Of a stretch of DNA of 64,000 nt, positions 9,686-18,314 are shown in pieces (the stretch's first letter is position 1; the number at the start of each line of letters is the position of its first letter). The notes below the pieces were generated by a model that did not search any database, was not told the origin of the DNA, and saw only the letters and a program-made list of their open reading frames with translations. The translations under genes were made by a program, and so were the position numbers. The DNA is from an uncultured Candidatus Entotheonella sp. (GTDB lineage: Bacteria; Tectomicrobia; Entotheonellia; Entotheonellales; Entotheonellaceae), in NCBI GenBank assembly GCA_965215335.1, contig CBDCDA010000002.1, forward strand, positions 480,001 to 544,000. Reading direction: 5' to 3'.

Positions 9686-11353
9686 TTAAAATGCCCCGGT
9701 CGCATACTTGCGGCGCAGCCGGTCGCGAATCCAGATGGCCCCGACATTCAGCACCACGACGAGGGCGATCAGCAACAGGGTGGTGGCAAACACCATCGGC
9801 TTTGCCGCCTCGGAATCGGGGGACTGAAAGCCGAGATCGAAGATGTGGAACCCCAGGTGCATGAACTTGCGATCCAGGTGAACAAAGGGGAAAACGCCGT
9901 CGACCGGCAGCGTTGGCGCCAGCTTCACGACGCCCACGAGCATCAACGGCGCCACCTCGCCGGCGCCGCGCGCCATGGCCAGGATCAGCCCGGTGAGAAT
10001 GCCCGGTGCCGAGGCCGGCAGCACGATGCGCTGCATCGTCTGCCATTTCGAGGCGCCACAGGCCAGCGAACCCTCGCGCATGCCGCGCGGCACCGCGGTC
10101 AGGGCCTCCTCGGTCGCCACGATCACCACCGGCACGGTCATCAACGCCAGGGTCAGCGACGCCCAGATCATGCCGCCGGTGCCGAAGGTCGGAGTCGGTA
10201 GCGCGTTATGGAAGAATACTTCGTCGATGCCGCCGCCGACAAAATACACGAAGAACCCGAGCCCGAACACCCCGAAGACGATAGACGGAACACCGGCAAG
10301 GTTGTTCACCGCGATGCGCACGGTGCGCACGATGATGCCCTGCTTGGCGTATTCGCGCAGGTACATCGCCGCCAGCACGCCGAACGGCGTCACCGCCAGG
10401 CTCATCAGCACGGTCATCACGAAGGTGCCGAAGATGGCCGGAAAGACGCCGCCCTCGGTGTTCGCCTCGCGGGGTTCCTGGCTCAGAAAGGCCCAGGCGT
10501 TGTATGCGAACAGCCCAAGACGGCTCCAGAAACCGAGTTGATTGGGAAAGTAATACCCGACGACCTGTCCGAGCGGCAGGACGACCTCGTCGCCGGTCGG
10601 GATACGGTAGACCAGCTGGTTCTCGTTCTGCAGTCGCCGTAATGCCCGCGCCTCGCCGGCGAGATTCTCGTAGCGCGCCTGTAAAGGCGCCATGGCTTCC
10701 TCAAGCGCCGAGTAAGCGGCGTCGCCCGGCGGCGTGCCCTCGCGCTCCAGGATGCGTTTCTGCAGGTGCAGCCGCGTCATCCTCGCGTTAATGGCGCCGA
10801 TGGCGGTGTGCTCAAGATGCTTGATCTCGCGCCGCCGAGCCGCCACCTCGTCTACCAGGTCCTCCAGGCGACCGGCGAACTCGGGGCTGCCGGACGCCAG
10901 TGCCCCCTCGCCTCGAATCCGCAGCGCCACCGGCTGGCCAATGGCGTCGCCGTATTCCAGACGTTCAATGCTGATCACCTGCTCCGGGTAGCGTTGCGCC
11001 ACGATGTCGGCGGCATCGACGTAACGGAAGCTGAACCCGTAACGCTCCTTGTTGGCGACGAACAACTGCCATTCCGCCTGCGGACCCTGCGCGGCGGTGC
11101 GCGTCGTCTTGTATTGCCGCTTTACCACCTCGCCAGCCAGAACCGGCGCCTCGCCAAGACGCGCCGGGCTTTCGCCGGTCAATTCCAGGTATACGACGCG
11201 CTTGGGCCAGAACGCCGTGATGCCGTTGATCAGGATGAGCGCCAACAGCGACACCACCATGAGCAGGCCGACGGTCAGGCCCATCGCCGTGGCCCAGACC
11301 ATCGGCTCACCCAACTGAGCGCTTTGACGCCTGGAGGATCCCCGTGACCGCAT
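9686..11353 (-). CDS. pstA: Phosphate ABC transporter permease PstA (long form)
   Basis: PREANTEGGVFPAIFGT, NLAGVPSIVFGVFG, ARGAGEVAPL. Confidence 0.95.
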   Translation of the reverse strand: MRSRGSSRRQSAQLGEPMVWATAMGLTVGLLMVVSLLALILINGITAFWPKRVVYLELTGESPARLGEAPVLAGEVVKRQYKTTRTAAQGPQAEWQLFVANKERYGFSFRYVDAADIVAQRYPEQVISIERLEYGDAIGQPVALRIRGEGALASGSPEFAGRLEDLVDEVAARRREIKHLEHTAIGAINARMTRLHLQKRILEREGTPPGDAAYSALEEAMAPLQARYENLAGEARALRRLQNENQLVYRIPTGDEVVLPLGQVVGYYFPNQLGFWSRLGLFAYNAWAFLSQEPREANTEGGVFPAIFGTFVMTVLMSLAVTPFGVLAAMYLREYAKQGIIVRTVRIAVNNLAGVPSIVFGVFGLGFFVYFVGGGIDEVFFHNALPTPTFGTGGMIWASLTLALMTVPVVIVATEEALTAVPRGMREGSLACGASKWQTMQRIVLPASAPGILTGLILAMARGAGEVAPLMLVGVVKLAPTLPVDGVFPFVHLDRKFMHLGFHIFDLGFQSPDSEAAKPMVFATTLLLIALVVVLNVGAIWIRDRLRRKYATGAF

Positions 11354-11371
11354 GACGCACGCCTTCCGTTG

Positions 11372-13684
11372 TCAGACCGTCTTGTATTTTTCGCGGAGGT
11401 GCTGCCGCAGCAACTCCGCCAAGGTGTTGATCAGGAACGTCATCAGGAAGAGCAGCATGGCCCCCAAGAAGAGGGTGCGGTACAGGGTGCCGAACTGCGG
11501 CGCTTCCGGTAGCTCCACGGCGATGTTGGCCGACAGCGTGCGCATGCCGGAAAAGATGTTCCAATCCACGATCGGCGTGTTGCCGGTGGCCATGAGCACG
11601 ATCATCGTCTCGCCCACGGCGCGCCCCAGGCCGATCATCATGGCCGAGAAAATACCCGCCGAAGCGGTCGGCAGCACGATGCGCATGGCCGTCTGCCAGC
11701 GGCTGGCACCCAGGGCCAGCGAGCCGGCCTTCAACTCGGGCGGCACGTTGGACAGCGCATCCTCGGCAATGGTGAAAATGATGGGAATGACCGCAAACCC
11801 CATGATGAAGCCAACCACCAGCGAGTTGCGCTGTTCGAAGCTCAGCCCCGTTGTCTGCACCCACCAGAGGCGAAAATCCGCGATCCGCTCACCCGTGGCG
11901 GCGTCGGTGACCACGAACAACAGGCGCTCGACAACCGGCCCCGACACCCAGGCAACGTAAGCGGCCAGGGCCAGGAACGGGAATACCGCCACAAACTCGT
12001 ACCCCGGCTTCACATGGCGGCTTGTCACGTTGCCGGGCATCGACGACCACGCGTGGCCCATCGCCAGCGCCACGGTCGGCACCAACAGCACGACCAGCAC
12101 GAACGACAGCACCTTGGTTTCCAGTATCGGCGCCAGCCACAAGGCGGCCAAAAAGCCCAGGATGACCGACGGCAGCGAGGCCATGATCTCCATCGTCGGC
12201 TTGACGATGGTGCGCAGATTGGGGTGGAGGAATTGCGACGTGTACATGGCGGCCAGCAGCGCCAGCGGCACGGCAAACACCATGGCGTAAAACGTGCCCT
12301 TCAGGGTGCCGAAAATCAGCGGCATCATCGACAGCTTGGGCTCGAAATCATCCGTAGCGCCGGTGGATTGCCACGTGTAGGCGGGTGCCTGTCCACCCTC
12401 GTACCACACCCTGCCGAACAGCGCCTTCACGCCCGCTTCCGGGTGTGGGTCACGCAACTGGTAGACATGCAGGTCACCGCCCGCGTCCAGCGTCAGAACG
12501 CGGTCGTATTTGCCGCTCAGCCGCGCCAGGCTCGCCTCGTAGGGCAGGTCCATCTGCACCCGCGTGCTGGCCGTGGTGCTGTAACGCAGGCCCAGCCAGG
12601 ACGGTGTGCCGGTCAGAAAGGCCTTGTTGCGCAGACTGGGAGCGTAGAACGTCGGCGCGCCGGGCAGCGGCGGCAGAGTCTTGGTCTGGCCGAAGAGACG
12701 GATGTTGCCGTCCGGCGGCACGAACAGGCTGAAGATGCGGCTTTCGCCCTCGGTATTGGTGAATACCACGGACACGCCACCAAAGACGAATTCCATGGAG
12801 GCGATGCCGGACTGCTCAAGGCCCTGGAAAGGCGTGAAGACTTGCCTGAGAACCACCTCCTCCACGTCTTCACCAGCCTCGAAGTAGAAATAAAAAACCT
12901 GGCCGGCAGTCGTCGCCACCACCACGCTGTTCGCCGTCTGCGGCGTCACGCCAATCATATGCGGGGTGCCCGACAGCAGCGGCGTCAGATCGTACGTCGC
13001 CTTGAGGACGGTCTCGCCGCTGCCCAACAGGGTTTGCTTCTGTTTCAGCAGCGCGACGTGAACCTGCGGGGCGCCCTCCACGTCCTGCAGCGCAGCGACG
13101 AGCTTCTGGGTCCCCGAATCCCCGTAGGCCACCTGGGTAATCGGCACGCCCGGCTGCCCCAGAGCCAAGTACTCCCCAGCCTCGGGATGGGTCACGATGG
13201 TGCGAGTGTCGCCGTCGTAAACCGGCTCGTAATGCACGTCCACAAGGACAAATTCCCCCCGCGTGGTGGCAAGCACGACACGTTGGGTCTGTTGATCATA
13301 GGCGTAAGCGGAAAACGTGCGCTCTTCCTGGAAGGCGGGATTGACCCGGAAGGTACCCCGCTCACCCTCAAGGTCGATGAAGGAAAGTACGCCGTCTTCG
13401 GTGACGAGCATGGGCAACGCCGTCCATTCGTCGACGCCCAGCAGCTTGGCGTTCGCCACACCGGTCGACACCGTGCGCAAGAACTGAATGCTGGCGCCCT
13501 GGAAAAGCGGCAGGATCTGGAACAGGATAAACACGAAAATGCCAAGAACGGCAATGATGACCCCTAAGCCTCCGATGGTGATGAACCACGTCATGCTGCG
13601 GTCGATCAACAGGGTCGATCTCGCTGTTCCGAACTGCCCTCCCGATCCCACCCGGGGTTCCATTGGCGCCACTGCCATTGGCAT
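11372..13684 (-). CDS. pstC: Phosphate ABC transporter permease PstC (long form with extracytoplasmic domain)
   Basis: WQSTGATDDFEPKLS, KPTMEIMASLPSV, GRAVGETMIVLMATGN. Confidence 0.93.
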   Translation of the reverse strand: MPMAVAPMEPRVGSGGQFGTARSTLLIDRSMTWFITIGGLGVIIAVLGIFVFILFQILPLFQGASIQFLRTVSTGVANAKLLGVDEWTALPMLVTEDGVLSFIDLEGERGTFRVNPAFQEERTFSAYAYDQQTQRVVLATTRGEFVLVDVHYEPVYDGDTRTIVTHPEAGEYLALGQPGVPITQVAYGDSGTQKLVAALQDVEGAPQVHVALLKQKQTLLGSGETVLKATYDLTPLLSGTPHMIGVTPQTANSVVVATTAGQVFYFYFEAGEDVEEVVLRQVFTPFQGLEQSGIASMEFVFGGVSVVFTNTEGESRIFSLFVPPDGNIRLFGQTKTLPPLPGAPTFYAPSLRNKAFLTGTPSWLGLRYSTTASTRVQMDLPYEASLARLSGKYDRVLTLDAGGDLHVYQLRDPHPEAGVKALFGRVWYEGGQAPAYTWQSTGATDDFEPKLSMMPLIFGTLKGTFYAMVFAVPLALLAAMYTSQFLHPNLRTIVKPTMEIMASLPSVILGFLAALWLAPILETKVLSFVLVVLLVPTVALAMGHAWSSMPGNVTSRHVKPGYEFVAVFPFLALAAYVAWVSGPVVERLLFVVTDAATGERIADFRLWWVQTTGLSFEQRNSLVVGFIMGFAVIPIIFTIAEDALSNVPPELKAGSLALGASRWQTAMRIVLPTASAGIFSAMMIGLGRAVGETMIVLMATGNTPIVDWNIFSGMRTLSANIAVELPEAPQFGTLYRTLFLGAMLLFLMTFLINTLAELLRQHLREKYKTV

Positions 13685-13699
13685 GCACTCCTCGAGACA

Positions 13700-13734
13700 G
13701 AGAAAGGCAGGAAAAGAAAAATCTCCCCCTGCCT
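13700..13734 (-). terminator. Stem-loop after pstS (terminator or mRNA stabiliser)
   Basis: Minus strand AGGCAGGGGGAGA-loop-TCTTTTCCTGCCT followed by TTCTC, between pstS and pstC. Confidence 0.6.
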
Positions 13735-13775
13735 CCGTGCACAGTCCGATGATTGAACGCTCCGTCAGACGGGCA

Positions 13776-14756
13776 TTACCGGAGCGTCGTCATCGTATCC
13801 ACCGACACCACGGCCGGCAAAGGGAAATAACCGTCCTTCACGACGATTTCCTGGCCCGCCTTCGAGTTGATGAAATTCAGGAACTCGTAGGTCAGCCTGT
13901 CCAGCTCGGCGCCGGGCTTCTTGTTGACGTAAATATACAAGAAACGCGCTAGCGGGTAATCGCCACTCAGGCAGTTCTCGAGGGTCGGCTCGTACATGAG
14001 ACCCCGATCGGCCAACGGCAGCGCGCGCACGCTGGAGGTCTTGTAGCCGATACCCGAGTAGCCGATGCCGCCCAGGTCGCTGGCCACGCCCTGCACCACG
14101 GAGGACGAACCGGGCTGCTCTTTCACGGTGTCCTTGTAGTCGCCCTTCTCCAACACCACGCTCTTGAAAAAGCCGTAGGTGCCGGAGGCGCTGTTACGAC
14201 CATACAGGGAAACCGGCCGCGCCGCCCAGTCGGCGTCCAGCCCGGCGTCGCCCCAGACCGGGATGTCGGTGCCGCCGCGCTTGTAGGTGCTGGAGAAAAT
14301 GCTGTCGACCTGCTGCAGGGTCAGGCCTTCCACCGGGTTGTCCTTGTGCACGAACACCGCCAGAGCGTCGATGGCCACCTTCACCGGCGTCGGCTTGTAG
14401 CCGAATTCCCGCTCGAACCTGTCGAGCTCGGAAGACTTCATCGGGCGGCTCATGGGGCCCAGCTGCGCGGTGCCTTCGATCAGCGCCGGCGGAGCGGTGG
14501 AGGATCCCTTGCCCTCGATCTGGACGTTGACGTTCGGATAAATGGCCCGGAAGGACTCGGCCCACAGGGTCATCAGGTTGTTCAACGTATCGGAACCGAT
14601 GCTGTTGAGGTTGCCGGAAACGCCGCTGGTGCGTTCGTAACCGGGCAGCCCGGCGTCCACTTCCACCTGCGCCGAAGCCGTCATTGCCGCACCGAGCAGC
14701 AGCCCGCCGGCAAGCACGAGGGCGAAAAACCGTTTCGCAAGAATCGTCTTCATCAT
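13776..14756 (-). CDS. pstS: Phosphate ABC transporter substrate-binding protein
   Basis: AAGGAG RBS; signal peptide; [41 protein letters not shown]. Confidence 0.95.
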   Translation of the reverse strand: MMKTILAKRFFALVLAGGLLLGAAMTASAQVEVDAGLPGYERTSGVSGNLNSIGSDTLNNLMTLWAESFRAIYPNVNVQIEGKGSSTAPPALIEGTAQLGPMSRPMKSSELDRFEREFGYKPTPVKVAIDALAVFVHKDNPVEGLTLQQVDSIFSSTYKRGGTDIPVWGDAGLDADWAARPVSLYGRNSASGTYGFFKSVVLEKGDYKDTVKEQPGSSSVVQGVASDLGGIGYSGIGYKTSSVRALPLADRGLMYEPTLENCLSGDYPLARFLYIYVNKKPGAELDRLTYEFLNFINSKAGQEIVVKDGYFPLPAVVSVDTMTTLR

Positions 14757-14892
14757 CATTCTCCTTGTGTGAGGGAGCTTCAATTGGCGCCCTGCCCGTA
14801 CAAGGGCGCCGTCTTCGTACAGCATGACCGCCCGCTGCAAAGATGCCGTCAGGACGGCGCGAGAATTACGTCAGGGCCGATTGGCCGCCGGG

Positions 14893-15582
14893 CTAGAGCG
14901 CCTTGAAGCGATAACCGATACCACGTGTGGTCTCGATCATCTCGCGGAACCGCCCCAGCTTGCGGCGCAGGGCCGCGACGTGCACGTCCACCGCGCGTTC
15001 GGTGACGCTGATGTCCGTGCCGCGTGCCCAATCGACGATTTGGTAACGGGTGAAGACCCATCCCGGCCGCCGCGCCAGGAGTTGCAGAATACGGAATTCC
15101 GTCGGGGTGAGACGGATGGATTGGTTGTAGATACGCACCTCGTGCTCGCCCGGCGAGATGACCAGACCACCCCGAACGATCATGTCCGCGTCGGGAACGG
15201 CATCCGTCCGCCGACGCCGCAGGGCTGCCTTGATACGCGCCAGAAGCTCACGAGGGCTGAAGGGCTTGGTGAGGTAATCGTCCGCCCCCACCTCCAGGCC
15301 GGTCACGATGTCGGCCTCCTCACCTCGCGCTGTCAGCATGACGATAAGGATGTCGGACGTCCGCACGTCGCCTTTCAGCGCCTTGCAGACGTCGAGGCCG
15401 TCCATACCCGGCAACAACACGTCCAGAACGACCAGATCAGGCCGTGGCGAAGCCGCCGAAGCCAGCGCTTCCTCGCCCGAACCGACACAGGTGACGTCGT
15501 AGCCGGCTTGGGCGAGGTTGTACCGAACCAGATCCAGGAGATCGGGTTCGTCATCGACCACCAGAATACGAGCGCGGTTCAT
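14893..15582 (-). CDS. phoB: OmpR-family response regulator, PhoB-like
   Basis: LVVDDE, VVLDVLLP, GADDYLTKPFS, wHTH LTPTEF...VDVHVAALRRKL...TTRGIGYRF; lies inside the pst operon. Confidence 0.85.
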   Translation of the reverse strand: MNRARILVVDDEPDLLDLVRYNLAQAGYDVTCVGSGEEALASAASPRPDLVVLDVLLPGMDGLDVCKALKGDVRTSDILIVMLTARGEEADIVTGLEVGADDYLTKPFSPRELLARIKAALRRRRTDAVPDADMIVRGGLVISPGEHEVRIYNQSIRLTPTEFRILQLLARRPGWVFTRYQIVDWARGTDISVTERAVDVHVAALRRKLGRFREMIETTRGIGYRFKAL

Positions 15583-15589
15583 CTCGTGC

Positions 15590-16882
15590 CTAGAAGTCCA
15601 CCTGGAAGCGCATGGACAAGATGGAGGTGAGCTCGTTGTCGAAGTCGTATTTGGTGCCGTCCACGTAAGCCGCAACGTAATTGAAAGTCACGCGGGCGTT
15701 GTTGTGGGGATACCAGTTCAGGCCCAGCGTCACGTTGCGCTCTTCGCCGCCATCGTCTTCGGAGAGGTCGATCCACGACAGACGAGCCGCGATCTCGAAC
15801 GCGCCCATGGTGCCCTTCTTGAGGTCGAACTTGCGTTTCGGCTTCGGGCGGCCAAAGGCGCCACCGCTGTAGGGCCGCGACTCACCGGTCAGGAAATAGC
15901 TGCCCATGACGTAGTACGCCGTAAACGTGGGGTCATCGCCCCCGTTCACGAGGTCGGGTGTGGCGCTCATGTATTCCGCCTGCAGCGCAACCGGCCCGAG
16001 GACCACGGCGCCTTCCAGTCCGTACTGGTTGACGTTTTTTACATCCATTTTGGACGTGCTGACCAGGCGCACGCTCTCGGTGCGTCCTTCAGGGCGCGAC
16101 CGAATCCGCCAGCCGCTCTGCTCTCGAAGCATGGCGTAGGCGAAACCCACGTGCACCAACCGGGTCTTGCTGGCTTGGAAAGGTGTGGCAGCCAGCCGGA
16201 AGGTGAAGTTTTGATCCTCCCCCTCTGCCGTGCCATTATCGTCGGGACGCGTGAGGGAAAGTGCCCAATGGAAGCGTTTCTCCATAACGCCATTTTTGAA
16301 CAGGATGCCGACTTCGCGGCCAGGTACGAAGCCATCGGTGAGGGAGCGCTCCTGGAAGGTAATGAAGCGGCTGCTGGTCAGTTCTTCAAGACCGAAGGGC
16401 GCTTTGAATTTGCCGAGATAGATGTTGCCAATGGCCGGCAGCTTGACGAATCGCAGGTACACATCCGTCCAACTTGCTTCACCACCAGCAAAATCATATT
16501 CAGCCTTGAAACGGATGTACCTGTGCAGGGTGCCGCGGATGTAAATGCGGCTGCGGCGGAAGAAGACGCGATCCTTCGGTTCGGACAGATTTCCTTCGTC
16601 GTCCAAAAAGAAAGCATCTTCGATTTCATCGCTTGGCCGGATGAAGTTCCAGTCGTTCTGGATACGACCGCCGATACGGATCTCGACGTTCTCGTCCAGC
16701 GTGCGGATGCGCAGTCCGTTACGCCACAGCGCCTCCATGTTCTTCGACTCGTCCATCTTGGCGGACTCTTCCAGGCGCTGGACCCGCTCCTCGAGGCTCA
16801 TCTGGGCCTGAACTATCGTGCCCGCGCTCAGAATGACCACCAGACCTGACACCAACATGCCTGCTCGCAATCGGCGCTTCAC
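15590..16882 (-). CDS. OprO/OprP-family phosphate-selective porin
   Basis: Signal peptide; FFRRSRI, FKAPFGLEELTSSR, SYFLTGESRPY, TLGLNWY; C-terminal F. Confidence 0.9.
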   Translation of the reverse strand: MKRRLRAGMLVSGLVVILSAGTIVQAQMSLEERVQRLEESAKMDESKNMEALWRNGLRIRTLDENVEIRIGGRIQNDWNFIRPSDEIEDAFFLDDEGNLSEPKDRVFFRRSRIYIRGTLHRYIRFKAEYDFAGGEASWTDVYLRFVKLPAIGNIYLGKFKAPFGLEELTSSRFITFQERSLTDGFVPGREVGILFKNGVMEKRFHWALSLTRPDDNGTAEGEDQNFTFRLAATPFQASKTRLVHVGFAYAMLREQSGWRIRSRPEGRTESVRLVSTSKMDVKNVNQYGLEGAVVLGPVALQAEYMSATPDLVNGGDDPTFTAYYVMGSYFLTGESRPYSGGAFGRPKPKRKFDLKKGTMGAFEIAARLSWIDLSEDDGGEERNVTLGLNWYPHNNARVTFNYVAAYVDGTKYDFDNELTSILSMRFQVDF

Positions 16883-17009
16883 TTATTCCTCCTTATTCCG
16901 TCATCAACAATCGGTCTCTGCCTCAAAACCCTTGTTCCGCATGCCTGGTCGCATGTCGCCGCGAACGCGAACAAGGTGCGGTGAATGCGGAAAAGATACC
17001 CAGTCATCT

Positions 17010-17048
17010 ATTAGAAACGGGTAAAGATCGCGTTAGATGTAGGTGCAA
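17010..17048 (-). promoter_or_regulatory. Candidate Pho box (four 11-bp-period repeats) upstream of porin-phoB-pst operon
   Basis: Minus-strand hexamers TTGCAC, TCTAAC, CTTTAC, TCTAAT each separated by 5 bp. Confidence 0.55.
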
Positions 17049-17058
17049 TGCGCATACG

Positions 17059-17901
17059 TCACCCAATTCGAGAACCGGGATACGCCTCGCGCCGTTCGGC
17101 CACCAGCCGCCACACCAGACCGCCTAGTGGTCCGCCAATCAACGGTCCGACGATATACACCCAGAAACCGCCATCGGGTCCGGGGATTGCCACCTTTCCC
17201 CATCCCAACACAAAAGCCACCAGGCGCGGGCCGAAATCGCGGGCCGGATTCCAGCCAGCCTGCGTCAGTGGCGCGAACAGGCTGATCAGCACCGCCACGG
17301 TGAAACCGATGAAGAACGGCGCCAGGTTGGCGCCGGGCTTGTCAGCGTTGCGCGACGACGTGAGCGCAAAGATCACCAGCACCAGCACGGCGGTGCCAAA
17401 CCCCTCAACCAGCGCCGCCCGCCAGGGCGAAACGAGGGCCCGCGCTGCCGCGTCGGTGCCGAACATCGCCGGGTTCGGAAAGTATTCGCCAAACACCATG
17501 GCGGACAGCTCGCTGCCAGGAGCACCGCGCACAATCCGCTTGGCCGTCTCGAAACGACGCAGCAAGGGACCGAATAGCACCGCCACCGTAGCGCCAGCCA
17601 ATACCGCGCCGGCCAGTTGGGCCGCCGCGTACGGCAGCAGTCGGGCGGGCGGAAAAGTCGTCGGCCGCAGCAGAGCCATGGACAGGGACACCGCCGGGTT
17701 GAGGTGCGCCCCCGACAGATCGGCCGACACGTAAATGGCCAGCGTGACCCCAAAGCCCCATACCGCCGCTACCTGCCACAATCCCACCTGCGCGCCCGAC
17801 AGCACCGCGCTGGCCACCGATCCGGTGCCGAACAGAACCAGCAGGTAGGTACCCAACGCTTCGCCCACCAGCGCCCTGCTCATCGGTGGTTGGGGAGGCA
17901 T
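17059..17901 (-). CDS. MIP-family channel, aquaglyceroporin (GlpF-type)
   Basis: SGAHLNPAVS and WNPARDFGPR (Asp after the second NPA indicates the GlpF subfamily); AAGGAG RBS. Confidence 0.9.
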   Translation of the reverse strand: MPPQPPMSRALVGEALGTYLLVLFGTGSVASAVLSGAQVGLWQVAAVWGFGVTLAIYVSADLSGAHLNPAVSLSMALLRPTTFPPARLLPYAAAQLAGAVLAGATVAVLFGPLLRRFETAKRIVRGAPGSELSAMVFGEYFPNPAMFGTDAAARALVSPWRAALVEGFGTAVLVLVIFALTSSRNADKPGANLAPFFIGFTVAVLISLFAPLTQAGWNPARDFGPRLVAFVLGWGKVAIPGPDGGFWVYIVGPLIGGPLGGLVWRLVAERREAYPGSRIG

Positions 17902-17978
17902 GGCCGCGTCTCCTTTTGAATGCGTTCACTGGGGCAATTTCGGCTCAACATGGCTTGCTCGTTCGCACCCTCTCCATT

Positions 17979-18048
17979 ACCCCCTCCCTTGAAGGGGAGT
18001 CGGCGAAACAAGGGCGTAACCCGTGGGTAAGCCGGTGGGGGGAGCCCC
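17979..18048. repeat. Intergenic REP-like multi-hairpin element
   Basis: CTCCCTT-GA-AGGGGAG hairpin, then GGGCGTAACCC hairpin and a G-rich tail complementary to the upstream C-run. Confidence 0.45.
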
Positions 18049-18107
18049 AACGCCATGCAAACGATGCAGCCTGGTACGAAAACACCCTAATACGCTATGT
18101 GCAGGAC

Positions 18108-18146
18108 GTTAACGTGTGATTAGAGCCTTGTTGTCGCTGCGTTAAG
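18108..18146 (-). promoter_or_regulatory. Second candidate Pho box in the glpF-like/ppk1 divergent region
   Basis: Minus-strand hexamers CTTAAC, GACAAC, TCTAAT, GTTAAC at exact 11-bp period; shares TCTAAT with the 17010 box. Confidence 0.55.
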
Positions 18147-18314
18147 ACGGGCGGCTTTGCGCAGGTCGAATCGACAGCAGCAGAATCCGACAGGACAGGA
18201 AGGTTGGATAGCGCGCCGGAACACCGGTTCCCTTGCCCCCGTTGGAACGATTGCGGTACGATAGCCGGGCCACGTAATCAGCCGCCGTCTCTTAGCCGCC
18301 ACGCCGAGGGAACC

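Noticed and set aside
14786..14810. GGCGCCCT...AGGGCGCC hairpin upstream of pstS as a riboswitch
   Set aside because: A single short stem with no aptamer features; at most a processing or stability hairpin.
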